Origin: Felis catus | Taxonomy: Eukaryota | Length of the DNA: 64,000 nt | Assembly (NCBI RefSeq): GCF_018350175.1 | Contig: NC_058368.1 | Coordinates: 68,078,001 to 68,142,000, forward strand | Direction of reading: 5' to 3' | Notes under the pieces: generated by a model | The model's input: only the letters and a program-made list of their open reading frames with translations | Told to the model about the DNA's origin: nothing | Database searches by the model: none | Position numbers and translations under genes: made by a program | In this document: positions 37,690 to 50,574 of the stretch, one piece after another | Layout: the number at the start of each line of letters is the position of its first letter | Position numbering within the stretch: position 1 is the stretch's first letter

Positions 37690-38751
37690 TCTTCTGTGTT
37701 TTTAACCTAGCCACGGTGCCATTATCAGTATGTGGGAGCAGAAAGCAAACCCAACAATGGACAGAGAATTCTGGCTTCAGACTATCAGACATTTACTAGG
37801 AATTTAAACAAAGCAAAGGAGTTGAACTGTGAAAGTAATTTATTTGTTTGGAATTCTACTTGTTATTTAAGTTTGCTAATAGTTTTATATATAGGAAAGT
37901 TTTTTTTTTGTTGTTTTTTGTTTTTTTGTTGGTTTTTTTTGGTAACTAAGCTTCATTCTGGAGCACTTTCCTTCTCAAGGCTCATATGTATTTTTGTAAG
38001 ATTCCATAATGTTTGTAAACATGTATTTAGTTGGTTTATATTCTCTGAGCTCTAGGGTTTGGGAAACACACTGCTGTTTTCAGACTTTGACCTCAGCAGG
38101 GTCACACAGCCATTGGCATGGTTCATATAAGCTTTAAGACTAGATGCTGTGTGATTGCAGATCCATTTGTCTTTCTTCAGAGAAATATATGTGCTTGGTA
38201 TTGATTTTTTATATCTTTATACTTAGCAGTAAACTACGGGAGGCCATTACTTCACATAACAGTGGCTTTAAGAATTAGACAGCTCATATGACTCTAAATT
38301 CAATTTGCAGGCAGTTTTCAGTTAAGGAAAGAGGTCTGGCAGTGTGCCTGCTCAGCACAGGTCTACTTGAATTCCCTCTCTTTCAATGGGGAGGTCAGAG
38401 CATCTTGTCAAGAAGTATAACTTATGTTCAAATAATGCATGTGAGCTGGACATCTACTGCCAAAAACAAGCTGCCTGGGGGCAGAAACAAAACAAAAAAG
38501 CATCATAAGTGCTATTGAACAACTCACTGTAGGCTTTTAATTATCTGAGATTTACATATGCAACTCTACAAAATGGGAGATACACCCAATTAAATGACAG
38601 TAAATTTACTTTGCTGTAGAATTCAATAATTTACATCTTGGTTTCCCTGCATTGCATTAATTACCTAGTTGGTAGCAGATTAAAAAGCATCTGGGTAAAA
38701 TTTAACCTACATATATTCAAATTAACTATAGTGATTGATTTATCTGTATAT

Positions 38752-38900
38752 TTATTCACTCATTTATTCATTATATTTATGTGCTAGACGTTGGGGATAA
38801 GAAGATGTGTAAACAGATATATACATAGCTCCTGTCCTTCAGCGCTGACCATTCAGCAGGAGTGATAAACACATAGGTAAATGTTATAATGTGTTGTGAT
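38752..38900 (-). mobile_element. L2 3' fragment
   Basis: ttattcactcatttattca...tatgtgctagacgttggggata...ctcctgtccttc. Confidence 0.6.
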
Positions 38901-39299
38901 AAGGACAACAACATGTTTGGTTGTACTATTCATTAATTTATTTGAAAAATATTACTTGAACCTCTACCATGTGCCAGAGTAGACATGGTCTCAGAAGTAA
39001 GGGCAGTTTGAATGTTGTTAGAAGAACATAGCCGCTGGGATATCCATTTCTGTTGGTATAAAAGACCACCTGATTAAAAGAACCATAGGCTGGTGAAAAT
39101 GCATTTTTAAAAGTCTTTTAAAATGCATTGCTGAATGGAACACAACATGAATCGGAAGAAACTACAGCTGAAGTAAAAGTTGGAATTCTGCAAGGTGGAT
39201 GAGCTCCAAAGCTGGCTTTCACCCTGAGGGGTTCTGCCAAATCCACGAGACCTTAAACCTTCACATCAGGGCCAAGTGGCTTGCCAGATGGTCAGGGAA

Positions 39300-41300
39300 T
39301 GTGTAATACCAATGTTACATATAATCTTTCTAAGAATATGGAAGAGGGAGCAGTTTCAACCTTATTATGTGAGGCAAGCAAAACGTTGGAGGCAAGGAAG
39401 CACATAGATAAGAAGACAGAAAAATTATAGGCTATTCTTCTCATGAATATAGATGCAAATACCTAGTTAAAGTTGTAGCACATGAAATCTAGCACATCTA
39501 AAGAAGATAGTATATAATGTTATCTCCGTAATGCAAAGTTTACTTAATATGAGGAACTTGATTAATGTAATAAGTTACCCAAACACATTGAAGAATTTCT
39601 TAAAACTCCTAATGGATTCGGGAAAAAACAAATTTGATAAATTTCAGCATCTATTCATGACTTAGAAAGAATAATTCTTGGTAAACTAGGAGGGTAATGA
39701 AACTTCATTATTTTGGTAAAAGAAACTTCTACAAAATGTACAGCAAAACATCCACCTAATGGTGAAATGCTGGAAGCACTTTTTATAATCAAGAACAAGA
39801 TAAGAATGCTGACTATCGCCACTTCTATTCAATGTTACTGGAGGTGTTAGCTAATGTAATAAGACAAAAAAATAAATAACTGAGAAGCAAAAACAAAACT
39901 GCCATTGTTCAAAGGTTTCCTATCTAGGAAACTCAAAAGATCTATAAATAAAATGCTAAAATTAATTAGACAGTTTAGTAAAATGCTAGATATAAAATCA
40001 AGATATAAACATGAGTTGCAATTATCTATGTGAATACCCAGGAAGTCAGTGTAGCAGCATATATAAAGTAACAAGAAATAAATCTAACAAAAATTTTATA
40101 ATATTATATTCCTATTTAAATGATGTGTGAGATTAGAACTAGGGAACAAATATAGAATATCATAAATTATATTGGAAAATGTTAAAGAAAATCTGAATAA
40201 ATGGAGAGTTCTATCATTCTTCTAGATAGGAAGATGTTAATTTTTCCCATGTTGATTCAATGCCAATTTAATAAAAACTTCAACAGAGTAGTGTGTATTT
40301 GTGTAACTAGATAAAGTTAAAAATTTTTTGTTTGAAAAAGGAAAGTACAAGGATTGCCCAAGACACTCATGAAGAATAAGTAGGCGAGGCAAACTCTTTC
40401 AGATAATAGAGCTTAGTTAAGTTTATATTCCAATTTAGACAGTGTACAGGGTTGGATATATAGAACTATGAAGTAAAATGCAGAGCACCCCACTACACAA
40501 AGGCAATGTGTGAAAACTTTATCAAGAGAACATTGCAGAAAGGGGTCAATGTAAATAGTAATAAGGCAGATAATTAGTTAAGCATATGATAAGATTGAAA
40601 TCGGGTGCCTATCTTCTTATGAGGAAGCCAATTAAACGGATTAAAATTTTGCAAGTGAAAGAAACACTACAAAATGTTTAGAAGAAAGTAGAAGATTATA
40701 TTTTTATGACCACAAGATAGAAAAATATTTCTTAAACAAAGATACAAATAATGCAAGGCACAAGAAGGCAAAACCCTGAAGTAAGGATTTAATTTGACCA
40801 TATTAAAGTTGAAATATTCTTTATCAAAAGATACTGTAAGCAGAGTGAAAAGACAAGGGGGAGCCAGCAAGCTAGCAACATGCACAACTGGCAAATAACT
40901 AGTATCCAGGTGAAAGAACTTCCTCAAGTCAGTAAGAAAAGATAATCTAATACAACAATACGGGGGGAAAAAGGAGAAAAAAAGAGAAAATTAAAATACT
41001 AACAAACATCTTATAGGATGTTAAATAATATTATTACTCAGAGAAATGAAAATTAAAAACATTAGATACCATTACCTCCCCACGAAAGCTGCCAAACTAA
41101 AAAGTGTTGTGAGGTTGTGACTGCAGTGGAGAACACTCATTCACTTTTGGGATTTCTTAATAGTAACTTTCAACACTCACACACTGTCATGATTCTAAAT
41201 GCCACTTTTAAATATACATCTTAGAGAAATGCTTGCACACTGTTGTACAACAATGTTCATAGCATCACAGTTTGTAATAGCTGCTCTTGAGAGACAAGAG
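39300..41300 (+). mobile_element. Old degraded L1 (L1M/L1ME) ORF2-3' region
   Basis: A-rich; catgaatatagatgcaaat, tttgataaatttcagcatctattcatga, aatcaagaacaagataagaatgc...accacttctattcaa, attagataccat, aatgttcatagcatc. Confidence 0.85.
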
Positions 41301-41639
41301 TAGAGCATACAAATAACTAAATATTTATTACATTATGGAAGGAGAGGAACCAGTTTTCTAGACCTAACTATGTAGTTAAATAGTTTCAGCAGAATTTGAT
41401 TACCTACTGGAAGGTAGCAGAGGACCTATCTCCTGGAAGGTAGAGTAATGGAAAGTGAGAGCAGTGGAGTGATTTCTAGTTCTAATTTGGCCAATGATGT
41501 CGATAGTGGTGCCATTGACCGTGATATTTTTCTCATTATTGCTATATATGTTTTCTTAATTCTAAAAGCATATATAAAAACAATGTATATGTTTCTCAAT
41601 ATAAAAACAAAACATAGTCATCCACAGTATCTATAGTAA

Positions 41640-42125
41640 ATATACTGTGATTTAAGCAAGACACTGCACACACACCAGGCACACACACACACAGATACTC
41701 AAATGGCAAAGCTGATTTAAGAAGACGCTCCAACTCAAGAGTTATTAGTGTTAAAACTATACATACCCACCAGATTGGCAAAAACTAAAAAATTGGATAA
41801 CACTAAATATCAGGTTGTAGATGGGATTCTCATTTACTTCTACTGGGAGTAGGAATTTGTATAATACTCTGGAAAACACTTTGGTACTACTTAGTAAATT
41901 TAAACCTACACATAACTCATGAAACTAGAAAATTCACTATTAGGTGGAAACCCTAGAAAACATTTGCATATTTTCACCCAGAAACTTGCATAAAAATATT
42001 TTTAGCAGCAAAACATAGAAACACCCCAAATAGCCATTGGCAGTAGAATCAAAATATACATGGGGGCTTACTCATTTCTCGAGTACTGCGGAGCCATGAA
42101 AATAACTGAAGAGAAATGACACACA
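41640..42125 (+). mobile_element. L1ME-like 3' fragment
   Basis: catacccaccagattggcaaaaactaaaaa...ctgggagtaggaatttgtataatactctggaaaac...accctagaaaac. Confidence 0.7.
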
Positions 42126-42130
42126 CCATG

Positions 42131-42391
42131 TTTTATTCTATCTATTCTATTCTATTCTATTCTATTCTATTCTATTCTATTCTTTAACGTTTTGTTTATT
42201 TTTGAGAGACAGAGAGAGACAGAGCATGAGCAGGGGAGGGGCAGAAAGAGAGGGAGACACAGAATCTGAAGCAGGGTCCAGGCTCTGAGCTGTCAGCACA
42301 GAGACTGACGCAGGGCTTGAACTCACAAACTGTGAGATCATGACCTGAGTTGAAGTCGGATGCTTAACCAACTGAGCCACCCAGGCACACC
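42131..42391 (-). mobile_element. SINEC with (TTCTA)n microsatellite tail
   Basis: Full body; TSD caccatgt; pentanucleotide run at about 42135-42183. Confidence 0.95.
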
Positions 42392-43391
42392 ACCATGTAT
42401 CATTTTAAAACGTGGTAACAATTATTTGATGGGACGGGGCACATGCATTACACATGAAAGCTTCCTGGTCATAGAAGAAAAGTGTGGTGCTCCCTGAGTG
42501 GAATTTGATTTTTCTATACTTCTTAGCAAGAAATGTTAGGGGAAAAAAGTTAGAAAAAAATGTAGTATCACTGGAAGGTAGCTTCCTTTATTTCAATTAT
42601 TTTGCCTTTACATATATGTTTTCTGTTTGTTCTTAATGACTCCTATTTACAAGTTGAATGGGAGACAAAATTATTGGACTCAGAGTGAAATTGAAGTTTT
42701 TTGGATTTTTAGCTCCCCCCCTTAAACTTGACATCATACCCTTCTTTTCGTTTTTGGGTAGAGAAAGAGGTACAATCTGGGTAGATATTAGGTGGTCTGT
42801 CTAGGGTCTTGTTTGCATATTAGTGGTTGTACTTACCAGTTTTTCTTGGATCTCTGGGTCTACCATGTTTGCTGGAATTCAATTTGTCACACGTGTAGAT
42901 CTCATTGGCGTTGTTTATGATACGTTTCAAAATATGATTATACTTTCCAACTGTCCTTGTGTTCTATTTGCCATTATTCGAATGGTATTTCTCAAGCATC
43001 TCCATTTGATATGATGTCAAAGGAAAAAGATGGCAAGGAAACTCAGAGGAATGCCATATTGGCAGCTGGCACCAACCTCTGCTTAAGTTTGTTCTTAGTC
43101 CTGTGTTTCTTTAATTAGTCTCATAGGAAAAGAAAAACAAGATCATGCTTCAAGATGGGATATTTTTGGAATTCTTATTATTCTTTTATAATTGTGCCCC
43201 TGGTCATTTTTTATCTTTACCTTTGTAGAGTTTCTAATAAAAACCAGAGTCTAGGTAGATTTAATTTATTAAACATCTACCGTGTACAAGGCATTGTTTG
43301 GGCTACACAAATATACAGGGCCTGCACCTTTCTTCAAGGAACCTATAATTCAGAGGGACAGACAGCCATGTTAATGATAATAGTCACTAAA

Positions 43392-44210
43392 AATAATGTG
43401 GCAATGAACATGGGAGCACAGATACCTCTTTGAGGTGTTCATTTCATTTCCTTTGGGTATATGCCCAGAAGTGAGATTGCTGGATCATTTGGTAGTTCTA
43501 TTTTAATGTTTTGATGAACCTGAATACTGTTTTTCATAATGGCTATACAAATTTACATTCCCACTGGGGCACTCTGGTGGCTCAGTTGGTTAAGCATCCG
43601 ACTTCAGCTCAGGTCATGATCTCACGGTTCGTGTGTTTGGACCCTGCATCAGGCTCTGTGCTAACAGCTCAGAGGTGTGCTAACACCTCTTTCTTCCTCT
43701 TTCCCCCCACTCTCACTCTGTGTCTCTCTCAAAAATAAATAAACATTAAAACAAAATAAAAAAATTTACATTACCACCAACAGTGTATAAAGGTTTCCTT
43801 TTCTCCACATCCTTACCAAAGCCAGTATTTATTATCTGTTATCTTTTTGGTAATAAGCATTCAAGGGTGTGAGGTGATATCTCATTTTGCTTTGACTTGT
43901 GTTTCCCTGATGATTAGTGATACGGAGCATCTTTTCACATACCTGTTGGCAATTTGCATGTCTTTTTAGAAAAAAAAAATATCTGTTCAAGTCCTTTGCC
44001 ATTTTTAAATTAGATTGTTTTTTTCTGTATATTTTGGATATATATTTTGAATTAACTGTTTATTAGATATTAGGTTTGCAAATATTTTCTCTTAATCAGT
44101 AGGTTGACTTTTCATTTTGTTGATTTTGGCTTTTGCTATGCAGAAGCCTTTTGGTTTAATGTATTCCTGGTCACTTTTTTTGCTTGTTCTGCCTGAACTT
44201 TTGGTGCCAT
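43392..44210 (-). mobile_element. L1MA inverted 5' segment
   Basis: ctttgggtatatgcccagaagtgagattgctggatcat...gtgtgaggtgatatctcatt...tttgctatgcagaagc (revcomp of L1 ORF2 end). Confidence 0.9.
43566..43761 (+). mobile_element. SINEC inside L1
   Basis: TSD aaatttacattcccac / aaatttacattaccac. Confidence 0.93.
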
Positions 44211-44850
44211 TATAGCATTTTTCACAACAGCCAAGGTATTGAGACAACTGTCATTGTCAGATAAATGGATAAAGAAATTGTGATATATATATTCTATAAT
44301 ATATATCTATAGATGTATCTATATCTATAGATATAGATATAAAATTCAGCTTTTAAAAGGAAAGAGATCCTGACATTTGCAACAATACAGATGAACCTGG
44401 AGGACGTTGTGCGAAGTGAAATAAGCCAGACACAGAAAAATACTACACGATCTCACTTATATGTGTAATCTGAAAAAGTTGAATGCATACAAGCAGAGAA
44501 CAGAATAGTAGTTATCAAGGGTGAGGAGGTAAGGAAAATGGAGAGATGTTGGTCAAAGGATCCCGTTATGCAGGAAGGTTGCAGTTACGTAGGATGAATA
44601 AGTCTAAGGATTTAATGTATAGAGGATGACTATAGTTAATAATACTGCATTATATACTGGAAATTAGCTGAGAGTAGATTTCAGGTTCTCTTACCACATA
44701 GACACAAAAAAGGTAACCATTTGAGGAGATGGATATGTTATTTAGCTTGACTGTACCAATCATTTCATTATGGATAGGTGTATCAAAACATCATGTTGTA
44801 TACATTAAGTAGACACAATATTTATTGAAAATAATTATTATTATAAAAAT
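44208..44850 (+). mobile_element. L1MA8-like 3' end
   Basis: atgaacctggaggac...gttgcagttacgtaggatgaataagtcta...gagagtagattt...tatcaaaacatcatgttgta. Confidence 0.88.
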
Positions 44851-44862
44851 AAGTGATAACAT

Positions 44863-44987
44863 GAGGTGCCTGGATGGCTCAGTTGGTTAGGCGCCCAACT
44901 CTTGACTTCAACTCAGGTCAGATCTTTGGGCTTGTAAGATGAAGCCCTGCATCGGGCTCTGCACTGATGGCATGGAGACTGCTTGGG

Positions 44988-45045
<58 letters not shown>

Positions 45046-45104
45046 TCTGCCTCTCCCCCACTTGTGCGCTTGCTCTCTCTCAAAATAAATAAATAAACAT
45101 TAAA
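44863..45104 (+). mobile_element. SINEC with long (CT)n
   Basis: TSD aataagtgataaca / aataagcgataaca. Confidence 0.94.
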
Positions 45105-45129
45105 AAGAATAAGCGATAACAACCACAGA

Positions 45130-45340
45130 ACTAATTTAGCATATCCTTTATGATAATCAGTTTCTATGTATTAACTTGCCTAGCCTTCATAATAACTACA
45201 TCACATGGGTACTACTTGGCACCATTTTGCAAGGAGGAAATTGAGAGAGGGAAGTCAAATCATGTGCCCAAACTCATGCAGGGTACAGTCAGAATTTTAA
45301 AACTGGGTAGCCTAGTTGAAGACCTACTTTTTGTACTCAC
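45130..45340 (-). mobile_element. MIR
   Basis: ccattttgcaaggaggaaattgagagagggaagt...tgcccaaactca. Confidence 0.7.
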
Positions 45341-45932
45341 CACACACATGGTATTTAAGTTCACTGCAAAATAAAGCCAAGAACAAGGTTGGTGCAAGGG
45401 CTAGGTATGGGTTGAGAACAAAACTAGTCAGTGTCAAGGTTCAAACTGAAACCCAGGAATTTGGAACTGACTTCATTAAAGACCCATTCCTGGAATGGTG
45501 TATTTAGTCTTAGTCAGTCCTGTGTTTCTTTATGTTGACACCCAAGGGCTGTGTCTTCCTAATGATTAAAACTTCTGTTTTCTTTAAACGTACCTTTTTG
45601 TTGACTTTTCCCAGCAGCTATTTGCATTCTAAAATGTCAGAGATTGCTGCACACGATCCTAAATGAGAACTTCAAGCCTTAAGTTTGAGAAAATGACAAA
45701 TGAGGCTTAGAAACAAATGCACAAACAATGTATGGCGTGATGTGCTAGGCATCGTGAATGGGCATTTTTCCTTATAAATTATGAGAAGTCCCAGAAAGCC
45801 AGAAATTGGATGTCTTTAAATTGAAATAAGTGTGAATAAGAAGAGAGAAATTGAACTGATGGGACATTTATCTGGTTATGTGGTCATTTAATTGGATGAT
45901 TTTGTGTGGTCATTTAAATTTTATTTAAAAGG

Positions 45933-45934
<2 letters not shown>

Positions 45935-45970
<36 letters not shown>
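45935..45970. repeat. (AC)n microsatellite
   Basis: About 18 AC units. Confidence 0.97.
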
Positions 45971-45972
<2 letters not shown>

Positions 45973-47101
45973 CGATCAATCAGCTCCTTTTGCTGTAAGG
46001 AAAACAAGGAAATTGAAAGAAAAAAGGCATGCTACTACAAGACTGTATTTGAGTATTACGTCCTACTGCAAGTTTAAGTTCACTCAACACACACATGCTG
46101 GAGCAAGGGGTGATCAAAACAAGGCAAGTGTACTATGTAAATATACTATAGAACCCTGTATACAGACACTATGGAAGCTGTACTTGAGAATTTTAGATGT
46201 TTTTTAAGAAGTAAAATATTTATCTTGGATCTTTGGCATCAAATGTAAAATACAACAGTTCACAGGAAGACACACCTTCACTGAATCTCCTCTCTTTGGC
46301 AACACCTGAAAAAGATGATTTCGATTGCTTTTCCATATCGATCCCCTCCACGTAAGCTAGTAAATAATTTCAGTGCCACTGTTTTCTTTTTGTTTATTCA
46401 TGTCTTTTACTAGAGGAAAGAAATATTTGCTAATGGAAGAAACAAAGCAAAATATTTACACCATGCTGTGCCTTTCTTTTTGACAAGGGCAGATGTGGTA
46501 AGGAAGCTTTCTCCCTCATAAAATTGTTTACACGAAACAGTGGGGGAGAGCTACAGAAAAACAGTTTTCTTTAGCAGCTGGAGGTTGTCTGAATAGAGTC
46601 TTCAATTCCCATGCATGTTTTGTAATGCAGATGTCTTTGAAAATGGTCTTGCCAGTGCACCTTAAATACATTTTAGAATTATTTTACCATGAAATTAGTT
46701 TTCTCCATCATTGGCTTAGTTGAATCCCACCCCCCCCTTTTTTTTTTTGATCAATGCTGGGACATTAAAAATAAAACCCTGGCTGCACATGCTATTTTTG
46801 TAAGTTCCTATCAAAAATCCGTCCTGCAGCAGGCTAGTGTGCCTTGAGAGTCAGGTCATTATTGAAGCTTGGTTGTTCGGTGTCCCGCTCCTCCACCTCT
46901 CACCCTGAGGCTTAGTTCTTCACTTCCACCCCTGCCACTGGCCTGCATTTGTATATTTATTATATTTATTATACGAATAAAGAAGGAAAGGAGTTTCAGG
47001 AGAAAAAGTAGCACCAAACTGTGTTGCAACTGAATGAGTCATACCTAATATTGGTGATTCGAATAGCCCCTCACGGCTCAGAGATCATTCTTGGAAACTA
47101 G

Positions 47102-47530
47102 CTGGTGGTGATGACATTGGTAGCTATGGTGGTGGTGATGGTAGGGATGGTAGTAGAGATGGTTTACTGCTGGTGATGATGGGGATGGTGGTAGTGGTGA
47201 TGGTGATGATGGTGGTAAGGGTGGTGATGGTGATGATTATGATGGGGATGGTGGTAGTGGTGGTGGTGATGATGGGGATGGTGGTGGTGACGATGATGAT
47301 GATGGGGATGGTGGTGGTGGTGATGATGATGATGGTGGCAAGGGTGGTGATGGTGATGATGATGATGGGGATGGTGGTAGTGGTGGTGGTGCTGATGATG
47401 ATGGGGATGGTGGTGGTGACGATGATGATGATGGGGATGGTGGTGGTGACGATGATGATGATGGTGGCAAGGGTGGTGATGGTGATGATGATGGGGATGG
47501 TGGTGTCGGTAATGATTGTGGTGGTGGAAG
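47102..47530. repeat. Compound (GAT/GGT)n trinucleotide minisatellite
   Basis: ~430 bp composed almost only of GAT/GGT/GGG triplets. Confidence 0.95.
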
Positions 47531-48339
47531 GGGCATAGCAGTGGCTTACAAACACCAGGTTCTAGGAGATGTATTTAGTACGATGCCTTTCTTTACTTCT
47601 ACGCTCTGCTCATTTCACAAGTATTCTCTTCCTCTGCTAATATTTTCCTGTGTGTAAAAATACAACTGATTACACCAAGGGAAGTCTTTATTGGATATAC
47701 TGTATGCATATGGGAAATTCTTCAAAGTCAACAAAATTAATTTTCAATTATTTGTTTGGTATACATTCAGTGCCCTTGAGAAATGAGACTTGTAAAAAGG
47801 AAAACAATCGTGTAAATTTAGTAGAGTTGAACATCTCCCCATATTCACTTTTCCAATTGCTGTTATACCTGAGATCATTGTCTCTGTGTCATTCATTGCT
47901 GGTTGTTACATTTTTTTTTCATTCCATACTTTGAACTATGAATCTATTATGGAAAGATCATGTTGGTGAGGCACTGAGCATAAATAAGTTAGGAATAGTA
48001 ATTAGTTTTCAGGCATTCCATTTGAGGATGGCAATGCATTTCCCCCCAAAATAATTTCCTTCCAAGCAGTTGGTTTATAATAAACTTGCATTATCTGAGT
48101 GGCCTGTCTTTATCTTCTTGACACATTATTTCCTAATTTCATTGTACCGTTCCTTCTGTTCATCAATTCCCAAAAAAGATAGCCCTTTCTAGATACATCA
48201 GCCTGTGTCCTCATGTCTGGGATGTGAAGGCTTTCCTACTCAGACAATAACAACAAACAAGTTTTCAACTCCATCCCACATACCTGCGTCTTCCATAGGC
48301 ATGGATTTTAAAGTATGGTAAGTGTTGTCGTCCCTTGTT

Positions 48340-48570
48340 CCTACCTCCCACTCTTCTCTTCAACCCCTGTGGTCTGGCTTGTCCTGACCACTCCTCAAAA
48401 TTCCTCTCAATATTAGCCAGTGACCTTTTTGGCTCAACTGAGAGGCCATTTCTCAGATTCCTACTGGCCACCTAAATGGCATTTGACCTCATTGACTACA
48501 CCTTCTCTGGTAAAGTATTCTGCTTATATTCAGCTTTTAAATGTAAGTTCCTCCAAGATGACTTTCTGGA
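48340..48570 (+). mobile_element. L2 ORF2 (RT) remnant
   Basis: gtctggcttgtcctgaccactcc...ccagtgacct...gcatttgacctcattgac resembles the L2 QSGF..HSTETAL..AFD region. Confidence 0.6.
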
Positions 48571-48651
48571 TGCCTCTATGTGTGGGAAAGTACTCCCCTA
48601 CCATCTGCATTTCTGTCATAACTTGGGAACTGTTCAAAAATGTCTATTTAT

Positions 48652-48875
48652 GGGGCGCCTGGGTGGCTCAGTCGGTTAAGCGTCTGACTTCGGCTCAGGT
48701 CACAATCTCGCGGTATGTGGGTTTGAGCCCCGCATCAGGCTCTGTGCTGACTGCTCAGAGCCTGGAGCCTGTCTCAGATTCTGTGTCTCCCTCTCTCTGA
48801 CCCTCCCCCGTTCATGCTCTGTCTCTCTCTGTCTCAAAAATAAAATTAAAAAAACGTTAAAAAATTAAAAAAAAA
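48652..48875 (+). mobile_element. SINEC
   Basis: Full body; TSD gtctatttat. Confidence 0.96.
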
Positions 48876-49415
48876 AGTCTATTTATTTATCTGTCCTGTT
48901 TCTTTGTTACCCCTCATGCCATGCACATGTATGGCACAGAATGGGCACAATTTTCCTCAAGTTTCTTTTGGTTTCAAGTAACAGATCTTTTCTTGAGCTT
49001 AAGCAAATGGAGGATTTATTATTGTGATTCAGAGTCACGTTTTGGGTTAATAGGCAGGAAGTGCGCCAGGCTTTGCGGAGACTGAGAATAGGACAGACAG
49101 CTGTGGGCACCAACGTAATTTATCTTGGATGTCCTCTACCCTCCAAGGCCAAATAGCTACTGGTTTCTGCTGCTTTCTGTGTTTTGGCTCCATTTTTTTT
49201 TTCCCTCTGCACACAAGCTTTCCCTGCTTCTTGGCTTCCCTGTCCCTCCTCTGACATCATCACTTCTTGTCCTTATCGCCAGGGGAGCAGAGACAAGTGG
49301 TAGAAACATGGTGTCCCATGAGGGGGCATGGGCTGCTCACCGTGGAGGGGACAGGAGCCAGCCAGGTGCTCCAGCATAGGTCTCTTTCATTGTTCACTTA
49401 AAAATGTGGTGAATG

Positions 49416-49634
49416 GGGGTGCCTGGGTGGCGCAGTCGGTTAAGCGTCCGACTTCAGCCAGGTCACGATCTCACGGTCTGTGAGTTCGAGCCCCGCGTCG
49501 GGCTCTGGGCTGATGGCTCAGAGCCTGGAGCCTGTTTCCGATTCTGTGTCTCCCTCTCTCTCTGCCCCTCCCCCGTTCATGCTCTGTCTCTCTCTGTCCC
49601 AAAAATAAATAAACGTTGAAAAAAAAATTTAAAA
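49416..49634 (+). mobile_element. Young felid SINEC_Fc
   Basis: 16-bp TSD aaaaatgtggtgaatg (49400, 49635). Confidence 0.97.
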
Positions 49635-49682
49635 AAAAATGTGGTGAATGATTGAACATCTACCTCCCAGCATTCTCTCATT

Positions 49683-49905
49683 TCTTTTTTCAAAAAAATG
49701 TTTATTTATTTATTTTGAGAGAGAGAGTGCGGGGGGCAGGGGGTGGGTGTGGGTGCAGAGAGAGAGAGAGAGAGAGAATCCCAAGCAGGATCCATACTGT
49801 CAGTTCAGATCCTGATATGGGGCTCGATCCCATGAACTGTGAGATCATGACCTGAGCCAAAATCAAGAGCTGGACGCTTAACTGCCTGAGCCACCCAAGC
49901 ACCCC
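49683..49905 (-). mobile_element. SINEC (older)
   Basis: TSD ttctctcattt. Confidence 0.93.
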
Positions 49906-50019
49906 TTCTCTCATTTTTTTAAGCAATCTAGACTCCCCAAACACAAATATTTCCCACCAAAAAAAGTAGGGAGAATGAGTACTTCTCAGTACTTCGGTCA
50001 GTCAGAGTAATAAATAATG

Positions 50020-50300
50020 TATTGCTTCAACAAGGTAGAGTAATAAACAATGGTCCAAGTCTCAGGGCTCACAACATGAATTTATTTTTCTTGCTCATGG
50101 GTCTGTAGGAGCTGAGGTCTGGCTGATTTTGGCCGAGCTTGGTTGGATTTGGTGCAGTCAGATTTGGGTCTGCTCCTTTCAGGAACTGGGTTGAGAAGAC
50201 AGAGGCTACCCAGAGCTTGCTCCCCCAAGGCAGAATCCTGAGCAGATATGGGATGCTTCAGCAGGCCTGGGCTCGGAAGGGGAAGTTGTCCTATTGTTTA
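50020..50300 (-). mobile_element. Old MaLR LTR fragment (MLT1H/I-like)
   Basis: tctcagggctcacaacatgaatttatttttcttgctcatgggtctgtagg...gatttgggtctgctcc. Confidence 0.55.
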
Positions 50301-50310
50301 AAGCCAGAGA

Positions 50311-50449
50311 GGGGCACTTGGGTGGCTCAGTCAGTTGTCTGACTCCTGATTTCAGCTGAGGTCATGATCCCAGGGTTGTGGGATCAAGCCCTGTGTCAGG
50401 CTTGGCACCGAGGTTCTTTCTCCTCCTCTCCCCACTCTCTCTAAAATAA

Positions 50450-50484
<35 letters not shown>
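50311..50484 (+). mobile_element. SINEC (internally deleted) with (TAAA)n tail
   Basis: ggggcacttgggtggctcag head; tetranucleotide tail. Confidence 0.9.
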
Positions 50485-50574
50485 AGCAAACAAGCACGCC
50501 AGACACAGGGCAAACTGAACTACCACAATTCTAAATTGCCTAAATGATTCCAATGAAATTTTAATTTTTAAGGT

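Noticed and set aside
47124..47555. Three overlapping ORFs of 99-143 aa (Met/Val-, Thr/Ile-, Pro/Ser-rich)
   Set aside because: Automatic consequence of a trinucleotide array lacking stops in those frames; no splice or promoter context
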